From positions 32,001-96,000 of the forward strand of contig CAVSOU010000010.1 in NCBI GenBank assembly GCA_963729625.1: DNA of 64,000 nt, in the 5' to 3' direction. The stretch comes from an uncultured bacterium. Lineage in GTDB: Bacteria; Chloroflexota; UBA5177; JANWHV01. Of this stretch, positions 10,616 through 20,380 are shown piece after piece (the stretch's first letter is position 1; each line of letters starts with the position of its first letter). Both the position numbers and the translations under genes were made by a program. The notes beneath the pieces were generated by a model. That model ran no database searches. It saw only the letters and a program-made list of their open reading frames with translations, and was not told the DNA's origin.

Positions 10616-10665
10616 GGTGCCGGGAGCGGGAGGAAGGCGGCGCCGCAGAGCGCAGCTAGGGTGCG

Positions 10666-13600
10666 ATGGCTGGTACAGCCCCGCAAGTGTTTGGCAGGCT
10701 GCTCCGAGAGTACCGCCTGGCCGCCAGCCTGACGCAGGAGGAGCTGGCGCAGCGGGCGGGCTTGAGTGCGCGCGGGCTCAGGTACCTGGAGCAGGGCACC
10801 CGCCGCGCCCATCCGGACACGGTGCGCCGGGTCGCGGATGCCCTTGGCCTCACGACCGCGGACCACGATCGTTTGCTCGCGGCCGCGCGTGCTTCTCCGG
10901 AGGGTGCTGCAAACACCGCAGTGCCGTGGCTCGGTCTCGTGGGGGAGGGCCAATCGCTGCTCACCGGGCGGCTGGAGGAACAGCTGTCGCCAGGCGAGAG
11001 AACGTCCCTCGCCGTCCTCTCGCATGCGGTGGAGGACGGCGACTTTGTGGCGCGGCTGCAGGCTGACCTCGCCGCGAACGGTGTCGCAGGCTGGTCGGAG
11101 CACTCCCAGCCGCAGTCCGGGGCGGGCCGGCCGGAAGCGATGCGGACGGCCATGCGCGCCTGCCGGGCTGTGCTGCTGGTGGCGTCGCCCGCTACCCGCT
11201 CATCGCGCTGGGTCCTCAGGGAGCTGAGCCTGGCCGAGATGTACGGCCGCCCCATCGTGCCAATCTGGTCGGCGGGGGAGGAGTGGCAGGACTGTGTGCC
11301 AGTGGGACTGGCCAGCGTGCCCTACGTGGATGCCCGCGGGGCGCGCTATGCCGAGGCAATCGCCGCCATCGTCGCCGCCATGGGCGCGCGCTCTCCCATG
11401 GAGGACTTCGTGCGCGCACCTGCCGCGCCGGTGGTACCACGCAACCCGTACAAAGGCCTGCGCGCGTTTGGCGAGGAGGACGCGGGCGACTTCTTCGGGC
11501 GGACCGCCTTCGTGCAGACGCTGGTGGAGGCGGTTGCGTCCATCCTGGCTACGGCGCAGGCCGCGCCGGCCCGCCTGCTGGCGGTAGTGGGGCCGAGCGG
11601 CTCGGGCAAGTCCAGCCTGGTGCGCGCCGGGCTTGTGCCATGCCTGAAGGCGGGCGCCTTGCCCGGCAGCGAGAGCTGGGTCTACCTCGATCCGGTCCTG
11701 CCCGGCGCCCGGCCCCTGGAGGCCCTGGCCGTGGCCCTGGCAGGCAAGGGTGAGCGCAGCATCCATGCCCTGCGGGAGGACCTCGGCGCCGAGGACGCCC
11801 GTGGCCTGCACCTCTGGGCGCGGCAACTGGCGCCTCATCCCGAGCAGCGGGTGGTGCTGGTGATCGACCAGCTCGAGGAGCTGTTCACGCTCACCACGGA
11901 TGAGGAGGAACGCCGGCAGTGCATCGACCTCCTGCTCACCGCGGTCGGTGAGCCGCGCGGCCCCCTGCTGGCCATCCTCACCCTGCGTGCCGACTTCTAT
12001 GACCGGCCACTGGCCTATCCCGGTCTCGCGGCCCTGCTGGAGACGCACGGCAAGGTCGTGGTGCCGATGAGCGTGGCCGAGCTGCGGGAGGCCGTCGAGC
12101 GGCCCGCCGCCCTGCCCGACGTGCAGCTCGACTTCGAGCCCGGCCTGGTGGGCGACCTGCTCTACGAGGTGGCAGGCCAGGCGGGGGCGCTGCCGCTGCT
12201 GGAGTTCACCCTCGAGCAGCTCGTCGCGCGCCGCCAGGGAACGACCCTGACCGTGGCCGCCTACGAGGAGCTGGGCGGCGTGCGCGGCGCGATGAGCCGG
12301 CAGGCCGAGGCGACCTACACCGCGCTGCCCACCGACGATCATCGACATCTGGCGCGGGCGCTTTTCCTGCGGCTGATCGACCCGGGCGCCACCGAGCAGG
12401 ACACGACCCGCCGGCGAGCAGCAGTGAGCGAGCTGATCCTGTCCGACGCCGGGCAGACTGCGCTGATGCGCGAGGTCGGCCGACGCCTTCGTGCTGGCGC
12501 GGCTGCTGACCGCGAGCGAGCAGGGCGGGGTGAGCCGGCTGGAGGTCAGTCACGAGGCGCTGATTCGCGAGTGGCGGCGGCTGGCCGGCTGGCTGCACGA
12601 GGCGCGCGAGGACGTCCGCCTGCAGCAGACGATCAGCGCCGACGCCGCGATCTGGGCCCGGCGTGGCCAGCCCAGCGACCATCTCTATCGCGGCACCGTC
12701 CTGGCGGAGGCACGGGCCTGGGCAGCGCGGAACACGCCGAGCGCCGAGGAGCAGGCTTTCCTGGAGGCGGCTGGGCATGCAGAGCACGAGCAGGCGGCGA
12801 GCGGAGCAAGTGCGGCAGGCACGGGAACTGGCGCTGGCGCGGCAGGCGGCCCGGGCCAACCGGCGTGCAGCTACGCGGCTCCGCCTGCTGGCCGGCGTGC
12901 TGGCCATGTTCCTGGTGGTGTCCGCGGGCCTGAGTGCCTTTGCCGTCAACAACGCCTCGGTGGCCTCCGATGCAAGGGCGCGCGCGGTCGCGGCCCGCGA
13001 TGCGGCGCTAGCCGAGGTCGCGCGCGATGTCGGCCTGCGGGCCGGCACGTTGCTGGGCAGCCATTTGCAGGTCGCGCTTCTCCTGAGCGTAGAGTCCGAT
13101 CGGCTGAGCGGCTCACCGCGGAGCCGTGCCGCGTTGATCCGGGCGGTCACCTATAGTCCTCGGCTGCTCGCATTTCTCACCACGCAGGCCAGCGCTGTAC
13201 TCAGCGTGGCCTTCAGCCCAAAGGGCACAATCCTGGCTGCGGGCAGTGACGACGGCACGGTCCGGTTATGGGACATACCGCGCCGGCAGCCCATCGATCC
13301 GCCCCTCGCCGGCCATACCGGAGCCGTGAATACCCTGACATTCAGTCCAGACGGCGCGATCCTCGCCTCGGCGAGCGACGATGGCACGGTGCGGCTGTGG
13401 GATGTGGCCCGCCACCGGCTCCTCGCGCCACCCCTGGCGGGGCAGGGAGCATTTCTCAAGAGCCTGGCCATCAGCCCGAACGGCCGGATCCTCGCCTTCG
13501 GCGGCAGTGCCGGCACGATCCAGCTCTGGGATGTGGCAGGCGGCCGGCCGCTCGGCCCACCGCTGAGCGGACCGGTCGGGTCCGTCTTTGACCTGGCCTT

Positions 13601-15077
13601 CACGCCGGACGGCACGGTCCTGGCCTCGTGCAGCGGAAGCAGCACGATCTCGCTGTGGGATGTGGGCCGCCACCAGCCTCTCACGCCCTTGACCGATGGG
13701 CCCACCTTCGCGGCGCTGAGCCTGGCCTTCAGCCCCGACGGCAAGACGCTCGCCAGCGGCGGCGATGGGGGCGCAATACTTCTGTGGGATATGGCGAGTC
13801 GTCGGGTTTCAGGCCGACCACTCACCGGGCACACCGGACCGGTGTTTGGCGTGGCCTTCAGTCCCGACGGCAAGGTACTCGGCTCCGCCGGGCAGGACAG
13901 CACCATCCGGCTCTGGGACGTGGTGGACCGGCAACCGCTCGGCTCGCCACTGGTGGGACACGCCGGTTCTGTCAATGGCCTGGCCTTCAGCCCCGACGGC
14001 AGGACGCTGGCGTCCGGTGGCGATGACGGCACGATTGGCCTCTGGAACGCGGCGAGCGCGGAATCGCCTACCAAGGTGCGGGTGCTCGCGGGGCATACCG
14101 GCGCGGTCGAGAGCGTGGCGTTCAGCCCCGACGGCGCAGTCCTCGCGTCGGGCAGCGACGACGAGACCGTTCGCCTATGGCGTGTGGCAAGTGGTCAGCC
14201 TGCGGGCTCGCCGCTCAGAGGGCACACGGGCCCCGTGCTGAGCGTGGCATTCAGCCCGGACGGGACGACCCTCGCCTCGGCCAGCGCCGACACGACCGTC
14301 CGCATGTGGGATGTGGCAACAGGTCGGGCGGCAGGCCCGGCCCTCACCGTGCAGGCAGTCACGTGCGTTGCCTACAGCCCCGATGGCACGATGCTGGCTA
14401 CTGGCGGTCGTGACGGCATCGTCCGGCTGTGGGATGTGGCGAACCGGCGGCAGCGCGGTCCGCCGCTGACCGGGCACACGGCTCCGGTGTCGAGCGTGGC
14501 CTTCAGTCCCGACGGCCAGACGTTGGCGTCCGGCAGCACCGACGAGACCATTCGCCTGTGGAACGTGGGGAGCGGACAGCTGCTCGGCCGGCCCCTCACG
14601 GGTCGCACCGGCCCGGTGAACGGCGTGGCGTTCAGCCCGGATGGCAGGATCCTCGCCGCCGGCAGCGTGGAGGGCACGGCCCTGCTGTGGGATGTGGCGC
14701 ACCGGCAACCGGCCGGAACGGCGCTCGCCGGGCACACCGGCCCGGTGCTCAGCGTGGCCTTCAGTCCCGACGGCCAGACGCTGGCCGCCGGCAGCGCCGA
14801 CAAGACCATCCTCCTGTGGGACGTGGCAAGCGGGCAGCTGCTTGGTCCGGCCTTCGCCAGGCACACCGACGCGATCGTGAGCCTCGCGTTCAGTCCCAAC
14901 GGCTGGCTGTTGGCCTCCGGGAGCAACGACACGACCGTCCGGCTGTGGTCAATTGGGCCCCAGCAGCCCTTGGCTCGGCGTGCCTGTGCGATAGCCAATC
15001 GCAACCTGTCGCGCCAGGAATGGCAGCAGTACCTCGGCGACCTGCCGTACCACAGGACGTGCCCGGTCGTGGCTTGA
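10666..15077 (+). pseudogene. XRE-HTH + TIR + STAND NTPase (nSTAND1-like) + TM + 14 WD40 repeats, split by two +1 frameshifts (~12480, ~12800)
   Basis: HTH LTQEELAQRAGLS, TIR SxWVLREL, NPYKGLRAF, Walker A GPSGSGKSS, Walker B LVIDQLEE. Homology continues through ORFs 10666, 12491 and 12663. The frameshifts could be sequencing errors. Confidence 0.85.
13175..14952 (+). repeat. 14 tandem WD40 repeats (~43 aa), two 7-bladed propellers
   Basis: Repeated GHTGxVxSVAFSPDG...LWDV units, counted by eye. Confidence 0.9.
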
Positions 15078-15505
15078 AGCCGTTTGCAGTCATCGACTTC
15101 GCTGTCGGAAACCGGTTCTCCGTGACGTATCGCTGAAGTGCGTTTCTTACTCGTTGAGCACATGCCAGACATCGAGCTGCGGTGCCAGCGCCGGATACAT
15201 GCTCGCTCGGGCAGCTTTCATGGCGCTGCCCCACCACACGCCTCGGCGAGACGCTCCCACGACACTCCGTGGCAACGCGCGCGGCCGCACGGTCCTCGGC
15301 GCCCCCTCGGTCTGCGCCGCGTGCTGCTCCCTGGATTTCCACGCGGCCCATGGCAGGTCCATCCCTGCCCGCTCAAACGCCGGCTCGAACGACACAGACA
15401 GGAGGGGTGTGCCATAACACACCACCGATCCGTCCCTCAAGCAGCCTGTGTCGTTCGATTTGCCTCTGGTAGATCCCGATCACGCTCGAAGGGGATAGTC
15501 ACCAC

Positions 15506-17914
15506 CTAACACTCGCTGTAGCCGCAGCCGTGGCACTTCTTGCAGCCCTCCTCGAGGACAAACGCTGCGCTGCTCCCGCACTGCGGACACAAGTTGCCCA
15601 GCACTCTGGCAATAGGGAGCCTGCCCGCGGCCGGGGCGCCCTGGGCGCCGCCGTGGCCATTCCCGTTTTCCGTGGCATGCCTCGGTAACGGCCGTGACAC
15701 CGTGCTCAGTCCTTGCTGGATGTGCCAGCTCAGCGCCTGCGCGACGGCATCGGGCAGCGAGAGCACGCGTTCGGCGCCAAATCCAATGGATCGGCTGCCG
15801 CCAATGCCACGCATCTGCCCGGCAATGAGCTGCAGCCGCTCCTCTGTGGGAATTGGAGACGGCAAACGGAGATTCAGCGATATGAGCCTGCCCAGGGCTT
15901 CAGCTAGAGCCGCGATGTCGGAGCCCGCTCGACCCACGCTGATGAACACCTCAAGAGGTCCTGCATCATCCGAGTTGACGGTAATGTTGGCCGTGCCTTC
16001 CGGAGCTCTCAGTTGTCGCGTGTAGCCCCAGACAATGGGGGGACGCGGCTTCACCGTCATCGGCATAGACGGGATGTGCGCCTCGTAGTCGACGCCAGCC
16101 CCGGGAACCTGCATCGGCATCGCCGGCGCGGTCGCATCTCGGGTGCCGGCGTTGAGCACCTGGCCCGTTGCCAGACAACCGTCCCTGAATACCGTGATGC
16201 CCTTGCAGCCCTCCTGGTAGGCCAGCAGATAGGCGCGGGCAACATCGTCGACCGACGCCTCGGTGGGAAGATTCACCGTCTTGCTGATGCTGTTGTCCAC
16301 TCCACGTTGGAACGCAGCCTGCATCTTGATGTGCCATTCGGGCAGAATCTCGTGGGCCGTGACAAATACCCGTTGCCAGCGCTCGGGAACCACGTCGAGG
16401 TCGGCCACTGTTCCGTGGTCGCTGACCTTCTCCATAAGCTGGTCCGAGTAGAATTCCTGCTCGCGGGCTATGCGCTCGAAGACGGCGTTGGTCATGATGA
16501 GCTTGCGCTCAGTCACCTTTCCGCGGTCGACAATGTGCATGAAAGCAAGTGCAAACGCCGGCTCAATTCCGCTGGAACAATCGGCGATGATACTTATCGT
16601 GCCTGTAGGGGCAACCGTAGTGAGCGTCGCGTTTCGCAGGGCCGGCCCGTTCTTATAGATTGACCGGGAGAAATTGGGGAATGACCCACGCGTCCCTGCC
16701 AGCTCTTGCGACTCCTTGTGTGCTGCGCGATTGATGAACGACATAACCTTCTCGCCCAGAGCGAGGGCTTCGTTGGAGTCGTAGGGAATGGCCAGAAGGA
16801 ACAGGAGATCGGCCCAACCCATCACGCCGAGACCGATGCGCCGATTCGCTCGAACAGTATCGTCGATCAGCTGCAACGGCAGGGGGTTAATCTCGATGAC
16901 GTCGTCGAGGAATCGCGTCGTCACGCGAGTGACACGTTCGAGCTCATTCCAGTCAACATCGTACGTAGCACCATCGAGTTTGACGACACACTCGGCCAAG
17001 TTGATGCTGCCGAGGTTGCATGCGTCATACCCGCCGAGCCATTGCTCGCCGCAAGGGTTGGTCGCCTCAATCTGCTCCAGCTCGGGTATGGGGTTGCTGC
17101 CACTGTTGTTAGCGCGATCGATGAACAGCAGGCCCGGATCCCCGGTAGCCCACGCTGCATCACAAATTCGATCAAACACCATCTTTGCGTTGAGCGTGCC
17201 CGTGACTTTGCCAGTGTGCGGGTCGCGAAGCTCGTAGTCGCCTTCACGTTCGAGCGCATGCATGAACGCTTCTGTCGCGGCAACTGAGATGTTGAAGTTG
17301 GTGATATCCCGGAGGCCCGTTTCGGGATCGGGTCGCTTGCAGTCGATGAACTTGAGGATGTCCGGATGATCGACGCGAAGAACGCCCATATTGGCGCCGC
17401 GCCGCGTGCCGCCCTGTTTGACTGCTTCGGTAGCGGCATTGAAGACGCGAAGGAAGCTCACTGGGCCGCTCGCGACACCTCGCGTCGTCGCGACCTCGCT
17501 GCCTTCCGAGCGCAGGCGGGACAATCCGAAGCCTGTGCCGCCGCCGCTCTTGTGAATGATGGCCGCATATTTGATGGCGTCAAAGATCTCGGGGAGGCTA
17601 TCGCCTACCGGCAGGACAAAGCACGCCGACAACTGCTGTCCGTTGTTCTTGCCCGCATTCATCAGGGTCGGTGAGTTAGGCATGAACTGCCGGTCGACCA
17701 TAACCTGATAGAAGCGCTCGGCAATATCGCTCACTTCCGCTTCGTCCGCGCCCCACGTGCGCTCAGCATCCGCAACCGCCGATGCGACCCGCCAGCACAT
17801 CTGATCCTCGTCCTCGAGCGTGACGCCGTCTTTGCGCCAGAGGTAGCGTTCCTTCAGCACACGTGCCGCACTCTCCGACCACCGCCCCTTCTTGCGCTCC
17901 ACGATCATCGGCAT
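15506..17914 (-). CDS. nrdJ: Vitamin B12-dependent (class II) ribonucleotide reductase with C-terminal TSCPD/Zn ribbon
   Basis: PNSPTLMNAG, LSACFV, TNPCGEQ, APTGTIS, C-terminal EEGCKKCHGCGYSEC. Confidence 0.95.
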   Translation of the reverse strand: MPMIVERKKGRWSESAARVLKERYLWRKDGVTLEDEDQMCWRVASAVADAERTWGADEAEVSDIAERFYQVMVDRQFMPNSPTLMNAGKNNGQQLSACFVLPVGDSLPEIFDAIKYAAIIHKSGGGTGFGLSRLRSEGSEVATTRGVASGPVSFLRVFNAATEAVKQGGTRRGANMGVLRVDHPDILKFIDCKRPDPETGLRDITNFNISVAATEAFMHALEREGDYELRDPHTGKVTGTLNAKMVFDRICDAAWATGDPGLLFIDRANNSGSNPIPELEQIEATNPCGEQWLGGYDACNLGSINLAECVVKLDGATYDVDWNELERVTRVTTRFLDDVIEINPLPLQLIDDTVRANRRIGLGVMGWADLLFLLAIPYDSNEALALGEKVMSFINRAAHKESQELAGTRGSFPNFSRSIYKNGPALRNATLTTVAPTGTISIIADCSSGIEPAFALAFMHIVDRGKVTERKLIMTNAVFERIAREQEFYSDQLMEKVSDHGTVADLDVVPERWQRVFVTAHEILPEWHIKMQAAFQRGVDNSISKTVNLPTEASVDDVARAYLLAYQEGCKGITVFRDGCLATGQVLNAGTRDATAPAMPMQVPGAGVDYEAHIPSMPMTVKPRPPIVWGYTRQLRAPEGTANITVNSDDAGPLEVFISVGRAGSDIAALAEALGRLISLNLRLPSPIPTEERLQLIAGQMRGIGGSRSIGFGAERVLSLPDAVAQALSWHIQQGLSTVSRPLPRHATENGNGHGGAQGAPAAGRLPIARVLGNLCPQCGSSAAFVLEEGCKKCHGCGYSEC

Positions 17915-18007
17915 CTCATCCTTCCTAAGAGAGTTTGCAGTATTGCTTGGGGTTCACGCCTGGCAACACGTGGCGTCGCCGAGCGAATGCACCTCAGGAC
18001 TCCATGG

Positions 18008-18466
18008 CTAGTCGTGGCGCACGCGCTCGATTGCCTCCTGCAGCTGGCGGAGCGATGTGAAGCTGAGGTAGACCGAAGCGAAACGAAGATACGCGATGTC
18101 GTCAAGCTCGCGGAGCCTGCTCATCACGAGCCCCCCGATCGTCTGGCTGCTCACTTCTGACACACCTTGTCTGAACAATTCAGACTCGACATCGTCGACG
18201 ATATTGTCCACAGCGTCGGCCGGAATTGGCAGACGATGGCACGCTGTCGAGACACCGCGGCGCAACTTATCGCGATTGTAATCCTCGCGCTGGCCATTCT
18301 TTTTCACTACCGAGAGCCCTACGTGTTCGAGCCGCTCATAGGTCGTGTACCGCTGCCTGCAGGCGGTACATTCCCGGCGTCGACGAACGCTTCCACCGCT
18401 CTTGGTCTCAGTTTCGCGCGAGTCTATCACGCGAGAGTCGTTATGGCCGCAGTATGGGCACTTCAC
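18008..18466 (-). CDS. nrdR: Transcriptional repressor NrdR
   Basis: MKCPYC...VIDSR...RRRRECTAC...YTTYE, ATP cone, AYLRFASVY. Confidence 0.97.
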   Translation of the reverse strand: MKCPYCGHNDSRVIDSRETETKSGGSVRRRRECTACRQRYTTYERLEHVGLSVVKKNGQREDYNRDKLRRGVSTACHRLPIPADAVDNIVDDVESELFRQGVSEVSSQTIGGLVMSRLRELDDIAYLRFASVYLSFTSLRQLQEAIERVRHD

Positions 18467-18495
18467 GATGCATCACTTTCCGGCGCCTCTGCACG

Positions 18496-18542
18496 CCCCA
18501 ACATGTAGTGTTGGAACCTCAGACCTCCCCAGAGCATTGTAT
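18496..18542 (-). promoter_or_regulatory. Tandem NrdR boxes
   Basis: ACACTACATGTTGGGG (minus strand, 18496-18511) fits acaCwAtATaTwGtg. A weaker copy lies 31 bp away, upstream of nrdR-nrdJ. Confidence 0.7.
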
Positions 18543-18789
18543 ACGGTAGCACGTCAATGCTTGGGGATCAATGGGCATGCCGCCCAGTCTGAGGCGAGTT
18601 TCTCGGCTCGACACGAAGGCCTCTTCGCCAGTCCGTCAGGTGGCGCTCGGCGGCAGTCTTGGAAGGGCTGTCAAAGGTGTTACTCTACAAGTGATGAGCG
18701 ACGACGGCACGTTTCAGCCATCTGCCGCGGGCGACAACCGCCTGGTTATAGGCTGGCACGGCGGCGGTTTGGTCGCTGCCCTGAAGGTG

Positions 18790-19818
18790 ATGCGCGAACG
18801 TACTCGTTTGCCCGTCGCGGGCGCAGCCGCCCTTGTGGCGCTGGCTATTGCAATCGTAGCGGTGGCGTGGCACAGTCACACAACCCACACGGAAACAAGT
18901 CCAAGCCTGGCTGCAACGGTGAACAGCCTGCCGGTGACCCTGGCGGCCTTTCATCGCCAGTTGGATTTTGCCCGCGCGGCGTATGACGGGCCTGGATCAC
19001 CTGGTCCGTCGCCCACGGGACGCACAGTTGAGCAGCTGATCGTCGATCGCGCCATGCAGCAGGCCATCGGCGAAGTGCTCATCGACGACACGGCCCGGCG
19101 CGATCGAGTTTCCGTTTCGGATGCAGATGTTGCGGCCGAGGTCCGCCGTATGACGAGCCAGGCCGGCGGACCAGCCAGCTTGCAGGCTGAGATGAAGTCG
19201 GTACATATGTCCGCCGCGGAACTTGATTCGATCGCACGGCACACGGAGTTGCGCGACCGTCTCGCAGAAATGCTGCACGATCGTGCCTGGCTGGATGAGA
19301 TGTTTGCCAATGCGGAGATCCGGTACTTCGTCGACGATTTGTCCGAGTTCGGCGCCGCGCCCACCGTCGCATTGGGCCAGCGAGCGGCGCCGTTCGTCGC
19401 GGAGGACCTGCGTGGTCGCGCGGTCTCACTGGCTGATCTGCACGGCAAGGCAGTTGTGCTCAACTTCTGGACAACGTGGTCGGGTTACAGCCGATCGGAG
19501 CTTCCGTTACTGCTGCGATTCGCGCACGCGCATCCAGAATTCTATGTCGTCGCCTTGAACCATTCGGAAGACATCAACACGGTTCGAGTGTTTATTCACT
19601 CGCAACACCTCGATGGCCTGACCGTGTGGCTCGACAAAGGCGGGCAGGCGTACGCCAGTTATCAGATGAGCGGCATTCCGGCCACCTTCTTCATCGACAT
19701 GCACGGTATACTACGCAGCTACAACTATGGCGCCCTCGCGGATATGGCAACGCTCAGCGACCAGGCACGGCACGCGTTGCGCGGCCTGGACAATACATAC
19801 CTCAATCAGAGCCAGTAG
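18790..19818 (+). CDS. Membrane-anchored SurA N-terminal-like domain fused to a TlpA-like thioredoxin lacking CxxC (WSGYS)
   Basis: N-terminal TM, SurA-like VSVSDADVAAEV, LNFWTTWSGYSRSELP and GIPATFFID. ATG at 18790 chosen. Confidence 0.75.
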   Translation: MRERTRLPVAGAAALVALAIAIVAVAWHSHTTHTETSPSLAATVNSLPVTLAAFHRQLDFARAAYDGPGSPGPSPTGRTVEQLIVDRAMQQAIGEVLIDDTARRDRVSVSDADVAAEVRRMTSQAGGPASLQAEMKSVHMSAAELDSIARHTELRDRLAEMLHDRAWLDEMFANAEIRYFVDDLSEFGAAPTVALGQRAAPFVAEDLRGRAVSLADLHGKAVVLNFWTTWSGYSRSELPLLLRFAHAHPEFYVVALNHSEDINTVRVFIHSQHLDGLTVWLDKGGQAYASYQMSGIPATFFIDMHGILRSYNYGALADMATLSDQARHALRGLDNTYLNQSQ

Positions 19819-19823
19819 AGCTG

Positions 19824-20375
19824 ATGGCAACGGTATCGGCCTCGGTAAGAACACTCGTACGCAGGTTGATTGGCTGGTCGCCGATGGTTGTGGCCGCTCT
19901 GGCGGTCCTCATCGCCGCGACTCTTGTCCTGAAGCCGGCGAGTCATGCCACCGGCCTGGTGGGAAGAGCAGCGCCAGACTTCACGCTTCGAGACACGGCG
20001 GGTGCGTCCGTTCGCCTCAGTAGATTATCCGGACATCCAATACTGTTGAATTTTTGGGGAGTCACCTGCGAGCCATGCCGGCTCGAGGTGCCAGTGCTGC
20101 AGCTGGCTTATGAACGGCATCGCGGAACAGGACTACTCGTGATCGGCGTGGACGCCCAGCTCGACGACGCGCAAGCCGTCACATCATTTGCATCCGAACA
20201 CGGAGCCACGTACCCCATGCTGCTCAACCCCAGCCAGGCGCTGCTGCAGTCATACGACCTCTCAGCCCTACCGCGAAGCTTTCTGATAGATCGTTCCGGT
20301 GTGATCCGCGCGGACGAGCAAGCCCCGTTCGAGGATCCCGGCACGCTCGAGGTAGCGTTACGAGCGATTCTTTGA
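19824..20375 (+). CDS. TlpA/ResA family thiol-disulfide oxidoreductase
   Basis: APDFTL, LNFWGVTCEPCRLEVP, LPRSFLID. Confidence 0.9.
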   Translation: MATVSASVRTLVRRLIGWSPMVVAALAVLIAATLVLKPASHATGLVGRAAPDFTLRDTAGASVRLSRLSGHPILLNFWGVTCEPCRLEVPVLQLAYERHRGTGLLVIGVDAQLDDAQAVTSFASEHGATYPMLLNPSQALLQSYDLSALPRSFLIDRSGVIRADEQAPFEDPGTLEVALRAIL

Positions 20376-20380
20376 CGACG

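Noticed and set aside
13175-14952. Regularly spaced DNA repeats (gtggccttcagccccgacggc) as a CRISPR array
   Set aside because: They are in-frame WD40 coding repeats with a ~129-bp period. There are no cas genes.
15100-15500. Several short overlapping ORFs between the WD40 gene and nrdJ
   Set aside because: No motif, SD or codon bias supports any of them.
17915-18570. Cobalamin riboswitch for nrdJ
   Set aside because: No B12-box or GGGAA core seen. NrdR boxes explain the regulation.
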